From assembly GCA_003521815.1 (NCBI GenBank), contig DPHE01000079.1:1-62246 (forward strand): a DNA stretch of 62,246 nucleotides, written 5' to 3'. How positions within the stretch are numbered: the stretch's first letter is position 1; each line of letters starts with the position of its first letter. Under the pieces are notes generated by a model, which saw only the letters and a list, made by a program, of their open reading frames with translations, was not told where the DNA came from and searched no databases. The translations under genes and the position numbers were made by a program. Positions 62,023-62,246 of this stretch are shown in pieces. The stretch is from Colwellia sp. GTDB taxonomy: Bacteria > Pseudomonadota > Gammaproteobacteria > Enterobacterales > Alteromonadaceae.

Positions 62023-62036
62023 CTGATATATATCAA
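62023..62036. promoter_or_regulatory. FNR-like box
   Basis: CTGAT-ATAT-ATCAA about 72 bp upstream of acsA ATG. Confidence 0.6.
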
Positions 62037-62246
62037 GTATAGACAAAATAAATAAGAGAGCTGTAAGGTAATAACTTAATAGAAGTACCGTTCAAAATTT
62101 AAGGAAAAACAGCATAAATATTGAAAGTAATTGATAAAATATATAGCTGTTACAAATTAAAATGTATATTGAATAGTAATAGAGATATAAGGAGGCTTCT
62201 TTGAGTTTTAATGGGACATGAAATTGTAGTGGTCAAGTAAAACTGG

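Overview
AT-rich gammaproteobacterial chromosome segment. Gene content and synteny resemble Alteromonadales/Colwelliaceae; this is an inference, not a database result. From left to right: (1) the 3' end of a tRNA-Ser, then about 5 kb of small accessory genes, some decayed, with traces of integron attC-like sites; (2) core genes sppA, ydjA-like nitroreductase, asnS and the divergent bioA/bioBFCD locus; (3) an orphan HicB-type RHH protein whose promoter is overlapped by four 18-bp motifs at an exact 33-bp period, divergent from an ftsZ-family gene outside any dcw cluster; (4) a frameshifted PsiE-family gene, an orphan oleA-like thiolase and an sqr fragment beside tRNA-Pro(GGG)-yejM-yejL-yejK-pyrC-queD-like-M23 peptidase; (5) a ~5.7 kb module of tyrosine recombinase, LexA box-umuDC, recX-like gene, long inverted repeats, and a second tyrosine recombinase flanked by two related palindromic core-like sites; (6) a >=26 kb accessory region with four FNR-like TGAT-AWAT-ATCA boxes. 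Region 6 carries NfeD-stomatin, two paralogous lipoprotein cytochromes c, a beta-CASP nuclease, a USP, a MacAB-like ABC exporter, an AMP/thymidine phosphorylase with a PRPP-synthetase-like gene, a K-channel-like protein with a non-canonical filter, a P-type ATPase and an acsA-pdhA-pdhB-pdhC-ACP-ppsA operon lacking E3. The best candidates for an undescribed system are the HicB/33-bp array/FtsZ-paralog locus, the site-flanked recombinase, and the AMP-centred FNR-like island. All calls come from motif recognition by eye; no searches were run.
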